A stretch of DNA of 64,000 nucleotides, taken from assembly GCA_017621695.1 (NCBI GenBank), contig JAGASP010000127.1, positions 2,681-66,680 of the forward strand, in the 5' to 3' direction. A model generated the notes under the pieces. It saw only the letters and a list, made by a program, of their open reading frames with translations, was not told where the DNA came from and made no database searches. Origin of the DNA: Clostridia bacterium. Its GTDB lineage: Bacteria > Bacillota > Clostridia > Oscillospirales > CAG-272. Position numbers and translations under genes: made by a program. Of this stretch, positions 19,242 through 29,500 are shown piece by piece (the first letter of the stretch is position 1; each line of letters begins with the position of its first letter).

Positions 19242-20667
19242 AAAGAGTAATGTACAGGTAAGAAAAATTTCCAAACGGCGCATGATGCTTTATACACGTA
19301 GCGGCATCAAAGGAGAGAAGCCGTTTGTTTCGCTGCGTATTAAATTTGCTGCCGTGATGATCATCGGCGCGATCATAACCGTATGTGGAGCGCTGTTGGT
19401 GATTCCTCCGACCGCAACACTTTTGACAAGAGTGTATATGAATCCTGCGCGGATGGACGAGCGTTTGGACCGATATATTCAAAATTTCAACGATTTTGTA
19501 ACCGAAAATCAAATTTCTTCTGAAGACGCGGCATCCGTTGCACAATGGTCACTCTATCACAGAAACGTGCACCTTGTTGTATTTGGCGGTGAAAACAAGC
19601 AATTCGGCGTAGTAGACGGAGAAATCCTTGACGGAAGCACGCCTGTTTTGGATACACCTGTTTTTACAGAAAACTTTGAAATGAATGAGAGTGCGGGTTC
19701 CTCTTTGGGGAGCACCTATTTTGTTCGTTTCTCAAACGGTGTATATACGGTCTCTGTCGTTGATTATTCAGGCCAGGCGTTTTATAACGGTCTGCATTGG
19801 GCAGGCGTGATTCTTGCGATTATTATGTTTTTTTTGGTTCTGTTGGTATATTACCATTTACAAATCAAGGCGCTTCTCAAACTATCGGTCGAGGTTGAGG
19901 AAGTCAGCAGTGGTGATCTGACAGCTTTGATCCATGCTGAGCGAAATGATGAGATCGGCGGCTTGGCACGCGATGTGGACAATATGCGCGCAACCATCCT
20001 GAAAAAAATGGAGGAGGAAAAAGCCACGCGTGAAGCAAACGGCGAGCTGATCACCTCCATGTCTCACGATATCCGCACACCGTTGACAACCTTACTGGGT
20101 TATATGGAGCTTTTACAAAACGACTGCGAGAACATGAAAGAAGAACAAAAGGCATATGTCAGACTGTGTGCCGAAAAAGCAGAACAGATCAAGGAGCTTT
20201 CAGATAAGCTTTTCTTATATTTCTGGGCGTATAACGCAAGAGAAGACAAGGTGGATACAGAACCGTGTGACATGATGCTGCTTGGCGAACAAATGATCGG
20301 AGAATGGTTGCAACCCATGGAATACGAGGGACTGTCTTTAGATGTATTTTCCGATTCGCTTCCGGAAGGCACCTGCGTGGCAGTGAACACGGAATGCTTG
20401 CGCCGCATCATTGATAATCTCTTTGATAACATACGGAAATATGCAAGCAGGAAAGAGGCGGTCAGGATCATTTTGTCAGCAACCGAAAATAACGAGGTTT
20501 GTATGACATTTCAAAATGCGGTAACAACCTCCGAAACCCAAACGACGGGAACACATATCGGACATAAGACCTGCCAAAATATGGCCAAGCTGATGGGAGC
20601 CCGCTTTGAAACGACCTTGACGGACAGTCATTTTGAAGCAAGACTCTACGTGAAAATTGTCAAATAA
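19234..20667 (+). CDS. Sensor histidine kinase (two TM helices, HAMP, HisKA, HATPase)
   Basis: H-box ELITSMSHDIRTPLTTLLGYMELL, HAMP-like VEEVSSGDLTALIHAERNDEIGGLARDVDNMRATI and N-box IIDNLFDNIRKYA. TTG start at 19234 overlaps the regulator stop. An alternative ATG lies at 19282. Confidence 0.88.
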   Translation: MTKKSNVQVRKISKRRMMLYTRSGIKGEKPFVSLRIKFAAVMIIGAIITVCGALLVIPPTATLLTRVYMNPARMDERLDRYIQNFNDFVTENQISSEDAASVAQWSLYHRNVHLVVFGGENKQFGVVDGEILDGSTPVLDTPVFTENFEMNESAGSSLGSTYFVRFSNGVYTVSVVDYSGQAFYNGLHWAGVILAIIMFFLVLLVYYHLQIKALLKLSVEVEEVSSGDLTALIHAERNDEIGGLARDVDNMRATILKKMEEEKATREANGELITSMSHDIRTPLTTLLGYMELLQNDCENMKEEQKAYVRLCAEKAEQIKELSDKLFLYFWAYNAREDKVDTEPCDMMLLGEQMIGEWLQPMEYEGLSLDVFSDSLPEGTCVAVNTECLRRIIDNLFDNIRKYASRKEAVRIILSATENNEVCMTFQNAVTTSETQTTGTHIGHKTCQNMAKLMGARFETTLTDSHFEARLYVKIVK

Positions 20668-20676
20668 AAAGGCAAA

Positions 20677-20705
20677 CCGACTCGCAAAAACGCGGGTCGG
20701 TTTTG
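20677..20705. terminator. Bidirectional hairpin terminator
   Basis: CCGACTCGC, loop aaaaa, GCGGGTCGG (one G-U pair), with an A-run before and a T-run after. It lies after the kinase gene and immediately downstream (minus sense) of the orphan rumA-like 3' fragment. Confidence 0.65.
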
Positions 20706-20725
20706 ACTTTTATGAAATTATACCT

Positions 20726-20747
20726 TGGAAAGCAGAACAACCGTCTC
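20726..20747 (-). repeat. 22-bp direct repeat, copy A (orphan 3' end of a RumA-type gene; att-like)
   Basis: The plus-strand sequence TGGAAAGCAGAACAACCGTCTC is identical to 37502-37523. On the minus strand it reads ...VETVVLLSKV-stop (stop at 20720-20718). Confidence 0.85.
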
Positions 20748-20778
20748 GACTGTTGTCCCTAAATGGCAGATAATTTCG

Positions 20779-20849
20779 AAAAGGTAAAATATCGACAAGT
20801 TTTTTGGAAGATAAACCGGATTGACGAGCCATGTTGGTCATGGTATAAT
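20779..20849 (+). promoter_or_regulatory. Promoter module A: upstream box plus TTGACG-N17-TATAAT
   Basis: AAAAGGTAAAATATCGACAA (20779-20798), then GGATTGACGAGC with -35 at 20821-20826, a 17-nt spacer, then GTCATGGTATAAT with -10 at 20844-20849. Box-to-promoter spacing (42 nt) is the same as in module B at 23643-23713. Confidence 0.65.
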
Positions 20850-21167
20850 ACAAATATATTTGTCATTCTAATCCCTTATTTGCAAGATACGTCTTGAAAT
20901 CAAGTCGAAAGTATGCTACAATGTGTAAGAGGAAGCTTGATTTGTACAGCAATACGTTTGATATTTGGTCACCTCTAAAAACGCTCTTGACGGAGAATCC
21001 GTGGTAACTTTTCCGTCATATTTCACATATTTTTCTTCGCGTAGCTCCACTACGCGTGCGAAAAATTGTATCATCTGACGAAAAACTTCCTCACGACTCT
21101 CTCGCCAATAGAGTTTTTAGAGGTTCCCATATTTTTTCAACAAATCCACCGCGAAAGGATTAAGCCT

Positions 21168-22724
21168 ATGAAATACCAAGTATTCTCTGAAAATCAATGG
21201 ATTTATCCCGACACTGAGCTGACATATCCCAATAGCGCCGAGCTGTACGCCCCTCGCGGCGCCGACGTCTGCTTTCAGGTATTGACAGATCATGCGCTGA
21301 AAGGCGGCGAGAACATCACCGCTGAATTTGCCATGGAGGGCTGTGAGGCCGTGGTCTACCAACTCCTGACCGCCACGGTCCCCCTGAACAGCGATGCCAA
21401 AATGCTCTGCACCACCGACTACGAGTCGGTCAAGCATTTCGTCACCCGCAAAGCCCCCTTCGAGGTCTACGAGATCACCCGTCCTCTGGACGAAGGGGAA
21501 ACAGAGGAGGGAAGAGCCGCCTTCTACGTCCGTATCAACGTGGCTGCCGATGCTCCTGTAGGCGTGCTTGAGAGTGACCTAACCATTACCGTAGGAGGCG
21601 AGACTCTGACCGTACCCGTGTCTATCAAGATCTACAGCGTCCAGGTTCCCGCCCTAAAGGACTCCGAATTCCACATGGTCAACTGGATCTACTACGGTCG
21701 CTTGGCAAATGACCACAAGGTGGAGGCCTACTCCGAAAAGTATATGGAAATCCTGGATCGCTATCTGGACAACCAGATCGATATGCGCAACGATTACCTC
21801 ATGATCCCCTCGGGTTCACCCATCCGAGATGATGAAGGGAAGGTCATCGACTTCGACTTTACCGCCGCCGAGTTGGTTGGCAACCGCGCGTTGAAGCATG
21901 GATTTAAGTATATCATGGGCGGTTTTGTGGCACGGTTCAAGGTTTGGGACGACCCCGATCACTTCCTTCTGTGGGACAGAGAGGTCACCGCCTCATCCAT
22001 CGAGGGCTACCGCCAGCTGAAGATCTACTTCACCCGCGCCTATGAATGCATCCGGCGCAACGGCTGGGAGAAGAACTATATGCAGTGCCTGGTAGACGAG
22101 CCCCAATTTCCCAACAGTCTGACCTACCGCGCCCTGTCGGGCATCTGCCGCAAGTGTATCCCCGGTGTTATCATCAACGACCCCGTGGAGTCCTCCGAGT
22201 TGGCGGGCGCCTGCGACATCTGGGTGGTCAAGCAGGCTGTGTTTGAGAAGTACATCGAGGACTATAAACGCCTTCAGGCCTGCGGCGAGACCATGTGGAT
22301 CTACACCTGCGGCTTCCCCGGGGGCTACTGTATGAACCGTATCATCGACCTGCCCCTGACGGCCAGCCGCCTGCCCATGTGGATGTGCTATAAGTACGAT
22401 GCCCCCGGCTTCCTCCATTGGGGTTACCATGTCCACAACCCCGAGGGCCGCTATGACACCAACTACCATCCCGATGGGCTTAACTACCCCGCGGGCAATG
22501 GCCATGTAGTCTACCCCATGGGAGATACCGTCTGGTACGGCGTCCGCGCCCACCTGCAACGAGCAGGTGCGATTGACTACGAACTGCTTCACATCCTGGG
22601 CAAAAAGGACAAGGCCAAGGCTCTTGAGCTGATCCATAAAGTCTGCCGTACCTTTGACGATTACGAGTTCTCCTCCGAGGTGTTGGACAGTGTTCGCCGC
22701 GAGTTGTTGGAGGCCATCGGTTGA
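21168..22724 (+). CDS. DUF4091-type (GH123-like) putative glycoside hydrolase, cytoplasmic
   Basis: Start moved to ATG 21168 (GAAAGGA upstream; MKYQVFSENQWIYPD). The C-terminal pattern PGFLHWGYHV...GNGHVVYPMGD...VRAHLQRAGAIDYELLHIL matches what I recall of DUF4091 (GDG.L.YP...SIR.E.LRDGIEDYEYL). No signal peptide. Confidence 0.55.
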   Translation: MKYQVFSENQWIYPDTELTYPNSAELYAPRGADVCFQVLTDHALKGGENITAEFAMEGCEAVVYQLLTATVPLNSDAKMLCTTDYESVKHFVTRKAPFEVYEITRPLDEGETEEGRAAFYVRINVAADAPVGVLESDLTITVGGETLTVPVSIKIYSVQVPALKDSEFHMVNWIYYGRLANDHKVEAYSEKYMEILDRYLDNQIDMRNDYLMIPSGSPIRDDEGKVIDFDFTAAELVGNRALKHGFKYIMGGFVARFKVWDDPDHFLLWDREVTASSIEGYRQLKIYFTRAYECIRRNGWEKNYMQCLVDEPQFPNSLTYRALSGICRKCIPGVIINDPVESSELAGACDIWVVKQAVFEKYIEDYKRLQACGETMWIYTCGFPGGYCMNRIIDLPLTASRLPMWMCYKYDAPGFLHWGYHVHNPEGRYDTNYHPDGLNYPAGNGHVVYPMGDTVWYGVRAHLQRAGAIDYELLHILGKKDKAKALELIHKVCRTFDDYEFSSEVLDSVRRELLEAIG

Positions 22725-22739
22725 GAAAAGGAGAATGTC

Positions 22740-23528
22740 ATGCATAATTTCTTTTACGATTGGGAACATGATAATGGGCCGGAGTATTTTTCCGTGGATT
22801 CGTATCGTGACCTGACAAGTCCTTTGCATATGCACCGCACCTTTGAACTGATTGCGGTTTCTGATGGTACTTTGAAGGTGCATATTGAAAAGCAGGAATA
22901 TGAGATGTGCGGGGGAGATATGCTTCTTGTCAAGTCCAATTTCGTACACGGTATCAAAACGGACGGAGCAAGCGATGCCACAATTTGCATTTTCTCCCCC
23001 GAGTTGATCGGGGCAAGCTCTCCCTATTTCATGAAGCATCCTTTAACTTCTCCTGTAGTTCGAAACGCCCCCGTAGTATATTGGGAGCTTTTGCGGGGCA
23101 TTGACTCATCCTCGACCACCGGCAAGATAAAGGGCTTTCTGTATAGCGTCTGTGAGATCTTCTACGAGCAACTAGATCTGACTCGGGCGGATTCTCCCAT
23201 GGGACGGAACCGCTTTATCCGAGAGGTTTTACAGTATATAGAGCATAACCTCCAAAAGCCCTGCGCGTTGACCTTGGCAGCAGAAGAACTGGGTTGCTCT
23301 GCCTCCTATTTATCAAGGCTTTTCAGTACTACAGTGGGGATCTCCTTCGCTTCCTACGTGCGCAGCAGAAGAATCAACCTTGCCTGCAACCTTTTAAAGA
23401 ATACCAATGAAAAGATATCTGAAATTATGAATCGGTGTGGGTATACGTCGATTGCAACCTTCAATCATAATTTCAAGGAGCAGATCGGATGCAATCCAAC
23501 CGAATACCGAAAGCAGTGCCATACGTAA
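22740..23528 (+). CDS. AraC-family transcriptional regulator (cupin sensor plus HTH_18)
   Basis: Cupin-like N-terminus (LHMHRTFELIAVSDGTLKVHIEKQEYEMCGGDMLLV). C-terminal double HTH (LTLAAEELGCSASYLSRLFSTTVGISFASYVRSRRINLACNLLKNTNEKISEIMNRCGYTSIATFNHNFKEQIGCNPTEYRK). SD AAAAGGAGA. Confidence 0.9.
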   Translation: MHNFFYDWEHDNGPEYFSVDSYRDLTSPLHMHRTFELIAVSDGTLKVHIEKQEYEMCGGDMLLVKSNFVHGIKTDGASDATICIFSPELIGASSPYFMKHPLTSPVVRNAPVVYWELLRGIDSSSTTGKIKGFLYSVCEIFYEQLDLTRADSPMGRNRFIREVLQYIEHNLQKPCALTLAAEELGCSASYLSRLFSTTVGISFASYVRSRRINLACNLLKNTNEKISEIMNRCGYTSIATFNHNFKEQIGCNPTEYRKQCHT

Positions 23529-23555
23529 CGGTACAGCATGTGAAATCAAACACAC

Positions 23556-23612
23556 AGATTCCCATCGGAAAGCTCGTAACGGACGGAGTTTTTCGATGGG
23601 AATCTTCATTTG
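23556..23612 (+). terminator. Terminator-like long hairpin after the AraC gene
   Basis: AGATTCCCATCG (23556-23567) pairs with CGATGGGAATCT (23594-23605). A T-rich tract follows, and the loop is large (26 nt). Confidence 0.5.
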
Positions 23613-23642
23613 TTTGTACAGAAACAAAGAATTATTCGGTCA

Positions 23643-23713
23643 AAAAGGTAAAATAACGACAAATAAATGTCACATAAAACTGGATTGACGAGCAAATTGA
23701 GTCATGATATAAT
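23643..23713 (+). promoter_or_regulatory. Promoter module B: upstream box plus TTGACG-N17-TATAAT
   Basis: AAAAGGTAAAATAACGACAA (23643-23662), GGATTGACGAGC with -35 at 23685-23690, a 17-nt spacer, then GTCATGATATAAT with -10 at 23708-23713 (TG-extended). Confidence 0.7.
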
Positions 23714-23830
23714 ATATATAGGCTAAAGCTTTTCCTGCTGCATATCGCAGAAGTATTTTGGTCAGAGGAAGCGATACGATAAGCGGTAGGCGTAAGCTGA
23801 AGCTAAAAAATCAAGAAAGGAAATCCCCCC

Positions 23831-26398
23831 ATGAAGAAGCTGCTTTTGATCGCAATTCTCATGCTCGCTCTGGTGATTACCGTTGTGGCTTGTACCGGTG
23901 ACAAAAACCCCGAAGACACCACGATTGGCGATACCACCGTCGAGACTCCTACCGAGACTCCTACCGAGACGCCCACAGAGGCTCCTACCGTAGAGCCTGA
24001 CGATCCCACCGAGGCTCCCACCTCAGAACCTGATGATCCCACCGAGGCTCCCACTATTGAGCCTGAGGATCCCACCGAGGCTCCTACTGCTGAGCCCGAC
24101 GATCCCACCGAGGCTCCTACTGTTGAGCCTGAGGATCCCACTGAGGCTCCTACTGAAGAACCCACCGAGGCTCCTACTGCCGATCCTGCTGATCCTGTGC
24201 TGATGCTGGAGCCCGAGGATCTCAACACGCTGGCCGGTGCCGCCGCGCCTAACGTGAACCAGATTGCCTCCTCTGAGGTCATCACCGAGGGTGACTACAC
24301 CTTCGCACGTCTGACCGCTGCTGCGGGTGGCGACCCCTACTTCGCATTCATTCCTCTGAACAGCAACTACATGCTGCCCCAGTACATGGCAATCTCCTAC
24401 CGTACCAATTCCACCACCGACGGTCAGGTCTTCCTGGGCTCCGGCACCGGTTGGAACGGTCAGGGAGACGTATTCAACGTTGCTTGGAATGAAGGCGATT
24501 GGAACTATATCGTGATCGATCTGTCCGCTCAGGGTTTGACCTCCATCACCGACGGTCTGCTCACCTACGCTCGTCTGGACTTTTTCGCGGGCGATTCTGC
24601 TGAGGGCGACTACTTCGATATTGAGTACATCGCATTCTTCAACACGGCCGAATACGCTGAGGCTTATGCTTTTGCCAAGCATCCTCCTTACATTGATGCC
24701 GACAACCCTGACGCAGGCAAGAAGAATCACTCCTTCGACACCTTCTACGTCAACGGCTCCATGTATTTCCCCGTGGACGGTGGTGCGGGCGATAAGCTGA
24801 CCGCGCAGAATAACACCCTTACCTTCGGTGCGGAGGATGCCCATGATTCTCTTGCTCTCCGCGGCTGGATCGGTTTTGATCAAGCAATCGACAGTTTTGG
24901 TTACTTTATTGATAACTACACCATGGTATACGGTGAGTTCAAGGCCGCTACCGAGGACGGTGTTCTGGCAGCCGGTGGCGCTAATGCTTCCCGTTTCCAG
25001 ATCGATGTTCCTCTTGCTGATCTGGAGGCCGGCGTGCATATGATCGGCTTTGTTGCAAAGCTGGCTGATGGTACCGTCGTTCGTCTCCGTGAAAATCTTA
25101 CCGTCATCATCGTTCCTTATACTGTTGATGAGACTGTTTCTTTGGCAACCGGTCACGGCGCACCCTTCAGCGGCGCTCCCAATAACTACTTTGGTCAGAG
25201 ATTTAACATCGGCGAGAATATCCTGAAGCAGATCACCATCACCGACATGGCCACTTATGCCGATGGCAACGTCAACACCTGGGTTGTTAAGATCTGGAAC
25301 TGGAATACCGACTATGCCACCACAACCGCAGGCGAGCCTCTGTATGTGGCAAACGGCGAAAATCATACTGACAACGCCCCCTTCGTTCTGAACGTTCCCG
25401 TAGAGGCGCTTATCACCGGCGACATCTACTACGAGATCACCTACGTGACCGGTAGCGGATGCTTTACCGGCTGGACTGCCGATAACGTCACCGAGGGCGT
25501 GGAAACCTATGTGGGTGGCGTGATTGCTAACGGAAGCTACAGTTCCTCCATCGTTGTGGGCGTCCCCACAGATGAGTCCGAAAAAGAGACCGTCATCTCT
25601 GTTGTGTTCGGTGAGATCTACACCGATGCGGATAAGGGCACTAAATTTGATGGCAATCTGATCCTTGAAAAGAATCTCGGCCCCACCTACTTCGACGGTG
25701 TTCGTACCGGCGACTGGATGGAGTTTAAGATCAACGTAGAGACTGCAGGCGACTACAACGTTTGCATGGTTTTCGGTTGGCTGGATCACACCGGCGTGTA
25801 TACCATTTTCGTAGATGGCGCAGAGGTCGGTAAGATCGAAAACAAGATCCCCGGTACCGATTGGAGAGCCTGGACGGATTCCTCCTCCATTAAGATCAAT
25901 CTGACCGAGGGTGAGCATACCGTTCGCGTGGTCATGGGCTCTGACGGCCCCAACGTGTATGGCGTCAAGTTTACATACGTTGAGCCCATGCCCGAAAGCA
26001 TTGCTTTGAATAAGCCCATTTCCGCCGACAGCGTTGAGAAGCCCCAGCACGAGGCAATCTACGCCAACGACGGTGATGAGAACACCCGTTGGTGCGGTCT
26101 GCCCAAGGGCGAAGCAAACCTGATTCTTGACCTTGAGGCGGTTTATACACTGGATAAAATTTATCTCCTGCTGGAGAATGCTATGGGCGACTTCACGATT
26201 TCCGTTTCCGAAAATGGTGAGGATTATACCGAGGTTTGCGCCTGCGAGGGCAAGCCTATGTCTCCTGTTGCGTTCACGCTGGAATTTGATATGAACGGTG
26301 CTACCGGCCGCTATATCAAGATTACTCGCAGTGCCGTCGACGATAACGTTGACTACTGGTTCTCCATTTACGAATTGTACGTATATCCCGTTCAGTAA
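23831..26398 (+). CDS. Surface lipoprotein with Pro/Thr/Glu linker, uncharacterised beta-rich modules, CBM6/35-like module and C-terminal F5/8 type C (CBM32-like) domain
   Basis: Signal/lipobox MKKLLLIAILMLALVITVVAC. CBM-like VVFGEIYTDADKGTKFDGNL...GDWMEFKINVETAGDYNV...GEHTVRVVMGSDGPNVYGVKFTYV. Discoidin-like end YANDGDENTRWCG...YIKITRSAVDDNVDYWFSIYELYVYP. Confidence 0.8.
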   Translation: MKKLLLIAILMLALVITVVACTGDKNPEDTTIGDTTVETPTETPTETPTEAPTVEPDDPTEAPTSEPDDPTEAPTIEPEDPTEAPTAEPDDPTEAPTVEPEDPTEAPTEEPTEAPTADPADPVLMLEPEDLNTLAGAAAPNVNQIASSEVITEGDYTFARLTAAAGGDPYFAFIPLNSNYMLPQYMAISYRTNSTTDGQVFLGSGTGWNGQGDVFNVAWNEGDWNYIVIDLSAQGLTSITDGLLTYARLDFFAGDSAEGDYFDIEYIAFFNTAEYAEAYAFAKHPPYIDADNPDAGKKNHSFDTFYVNGSMYFPVDGGAGDKLTAQNNTLTFGAEDAHDSLALRGWIGFDQAIDSFGYFIDNYTMVYGEFKAATEDGVLAAGGANASRFQIDVPLADLEAGVHMIGFVAKLADGTVVRLRENLTVIIVPYTVDETVSLATGHGAPFSGAPNNYFGQRFNIGENILKQITITDMATYADGNVNTWVVKIWNWNTDYATTTAGEPLYVANGENHTDNAPFVLNVPVEALITGDIYYEITYVTGSGCFTGWTADNVTEGVETYVGGVIANGSYSSSIVVGVPTDESEKETVISVVFGEIYTDADKGTKFDGNLILEKNLGPTYFDGVRTGDWMEFKINVETAGDYNVCMVFGWLDHTGVYTIFVDGAEVGKIENKIPGTDWRAWTDSSSIKINLTEGEHTVRVVMGSDGPNVYGVKFTYVEPMPESIALNKPISADSVEKPQHEAIYANDGDENTRWCGLPKGEANLILDLEAVYTLDKIYLLLENAMGDFTISVSENGEDYTEVCACEGKPMSPVAFTLEFDMNGATGRYIKITRSAVDDNVDYWFSIYELYVYPVQ
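23990..24154 (+). repeat. Five tandem 33-nt coding repeats (x-EP-[DE]-DPTEAPT linker)
   Basis: VEPDDPTEAPT / SEPDDPTEAPT / IEPEDPTEAPT / AEPDDPTEAPT / VEPEDPTEAPT. They are preceded by ETPT units and followed by a partial EEPTEAPT. Confidence 0.9.
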
Positions 26399-26469
26399 CG
26401 TCCATCTCCTTAAATGGAAATGTTTGGAGAATTTATTTCTTCCGACGCTCCATTTGACATTCATTTTCG

Positions 26470-26505
26470 GAGGGGGACGCTTGTCCCCCTTCTTTGCCTT
26501 TTTTC
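26470..26505 (+). terminator. Rho-independent terminator
   Basis: GGGGGAC (26472-26478), loop GCTT, GTCCCCC (26483-26489), then a T-rich tract. Confidence 0.7.
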
Positions 26506-26561
26506 GCCGTATTACCCATACCTTGTACGCTCAAGGTTGTCTTTCATCATAAGGAGCGCAT

Positions 26562-29500
26562 ATGAAAAAGCTAAATTTTAAACGAATTCTGGCAGCAACT
26601 CTGGCCGTTTTGCTCATCATGAGCAATTTCGCCGTTCTGCCCGTCATCGCGGAAGACGCGACTTCGGTCAGCGACTCACAAGTAACCGAAATCGTCTTTG
26701 GCGAGATCTTTACCGATGCCGACAAGGGTACCGCCTTCGGCGGCAACCTTTACCTTGAAAAAACCATGGGACCCGTTTATTTCGACGGTGTACGCAACGG
26801 GGACTTCTTTGAATTTGATATCAACATTGAGAAGGCAGGGAACTACGACCTGTGTTTCTCCTTCGGTTGGCTGGACGATACGGGCACCTATAACATTTCG
26901 CTGGATGGCGGTGATCCCGTTACCCTACGCAATACCGTGACGGGTCGCGGTTGGCGAACCTGGTGCGATTCCTCACGTGTGAAGGTCAATTTCACCCAGG
27001 GAAAGCACACCGTCCGTGTCACCATGGGCGGCGACGGCCCCAACCTGTATTCTATGAAACTGATCCCCGAGGGCGTGAATGCCGGGAGTAACGCCCAAAA
27101 TGACGCCGCTTTGCAGGATGAGAATTCTTCTGCCGGAGCCAAGGTGATCTCCTCCAGCGCGGCCATCCAGTTCAATTGCACCGCTACCTTTTTCGCGTTG
27201 GATCTTGCCTCCGCCAGCTGGAACAACAATCTCGGCTCTCTCCGTTTATCCCTGTATAAGTGGGACACTTCCTATGACAAGACCCTGAAGGGCGAGCCTC
27301 TCGCCTCCAAGGACTATATAGATTTCCCCGATAATACAGTCTTGACTTTTAGTTTTGACGATATGGAAGCAGGTGAATATCTGTTGTACATCAAGAATAT
27401 TTCCGAAAATCCCGCCGAGGAGGTGGGCTCTTGGGGTAATGAAAAGCCCCGTGAGAACGTCAGAAGCTACCACGCCGACGCGATCTCGGATTTCTGCCCC
27501 GCTGTGTGGCTGAAGTACAGATCCGACGCGGAAGCACCCTTCGGTCCCATCAGCGACGTGGATCCCAATGCCGTAGAACTGGCTCCCTCCGAGTCCGATC
27601 TCTATCCTTGGGGAGACACGGTGGAATACAAGATGAACGCCGACGCTCTGTACGGTGTGCAGTTCAACGCTACCGCCGACTTCGGAGGCGTTGAAGTCTA
27701 TATCCCCACCGTTCCCGTGGGCGACAACACCTTGACCCTGTCCCTTTATAAGTGGGATGGCAATTACAGTCAAACTGTCAAGGGTGAGCCCTTGACCACC
27801 ACGACTCTCAAAAACGTGAACAGAAGCAGTTGGGCACGTTTGCCATACTCGAAAGCCACCGTGGGTGAATATCTGCTTGTTGTATCCAATGGCACCGAGG
27901 GTATGACCGTCGGCTTTGTGGAGCAGGTCTCCGACAAGGCCAACCATTATCTCTACACTTCCAAAGCTGGCATCAGCCTTGTTGCCCGTACTGTGGGTAA
28001 CGCGGAGGTCACAGTTCCCACCGCCCCCACCGCCCAGGATTTCATCACAAATGATTCTGTTTACTGGGTGGGTACCGACGGTCTTGACCGTGTGCTACCC
28101 AATGCCTCAGAAACGGGTGAGAAGCGCGAAGGGAAGTATGTGGGTATTTTCTACCACACCTGGCACTCTGCCTTCGCCTACCGCGACGTTATCAACGTCA
28201 CCGAGCTGCTCAAGCAGTACCCCGAGGCAAAGAACGATTTCTATCATTCCGCATGGAACGGTCAGACCAACTGCTTCTGGAATGAACCTCTGTGGGGCTA
28301 CTACAACAACGGCATTGACCGCTGGGTACTCCGCAAGCAGGCCGAGCTTCTGGCCGACGCGGGGGTGGACGTGGTGTTCTTCGATAACACCAACGGCACC
28401 ATGAACTTCATCGACGCCATCCTCACCCTCTGCGAGGTCTGGGCAGAAGCCAGAGCCGATGGTGTGAGAACACCGCAGATCTCTGCCATGCTGAATATGT
28501 ATGCCTACAATGAGACGGCCATACAGATCAAGGAGCTGTACGATCGGATCTACTCCAAGGGCCTGTATCAGGATCTGTGGTTCTACTGGGATGAAAAGCC
28601 TTTGTTGCTTGCCTATCCCGAGGAGGTCAAGCGTCTGGAGAACGGCAAGGATATTTACAACTTCTTCTCCTACCGTCCCATCAACACCTCCTACAACGAA
28701 GATCAGGAGCTCATCAAGCAGAGCGAAGTATCCAACCGCATTACCTTCGCGCCTCCCGCAGGCTTCCGTAAGTATACCCAATGGAAGTGGATCTCGGTCT
28801 ATCCTCAGGAGAAGATGTACCTGAAAGGAACGAAGCAGGTCGAGGAGATGTGCGTATGCGTGGCGCAGAATTGGTCGGATAAGCAGGGACTGACCCCCAT
28901 GAACGCGGGCGATATGGTCTTTGGCCGTGGATATACCAACAAGTACGGCGTCAACACCTCGGATGAGGCTGTGATGGCGGGTCTGAACATTGCCGAGCAA
29001 TGGGAATACGTACTCGAAGTTGATCCTACCTTTGTGTATATCACCGGCTGGAACGAGTGGCAGGTGGGCCGCACCACTGAGATGTGGGGCTATCCCAACG
29101 CCTTGCCCGACAACGCCACCGACGGTTATTCCCGTGACATCGAGCCCTCCACGGGTATGTTGAAGGATCATTTCTACAATCAGATGGTGTCCTACATCCG
29201 CAAGTTCAAGGGCATGAATACCCAGCCCGTGTCCTCAGGGGCTGTCAAGGTGGATGCCGCCGCAGACATTGATTGGTCTGCCGTGACCCCCGTCTACCGC
29301 GCCTATGAAGGCAACACCCTCCACCGCGACTATGACGGCTACAAGGATTACCATTACACCAACACCACGGGTCGGAACGACTTCGTGGAGTCCCGAGTGA
29401 CCTATGACACCGAAAACCTTTACTTTATGGTCAAGACCGCCGAGGCTATCACGCCCCACACTGACAAGGCGTGGATGCGTCTCTTCATCGATGTGGTCGG

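Noticed and set aside
24023-26464. 813-aa minus-strand ORF
   Set aside because: It is antisense to the CBM/discoidin lipoprotein gene, which has clear domain signatures, an SD and a promoter. The ORF is a shadow with biased composition.
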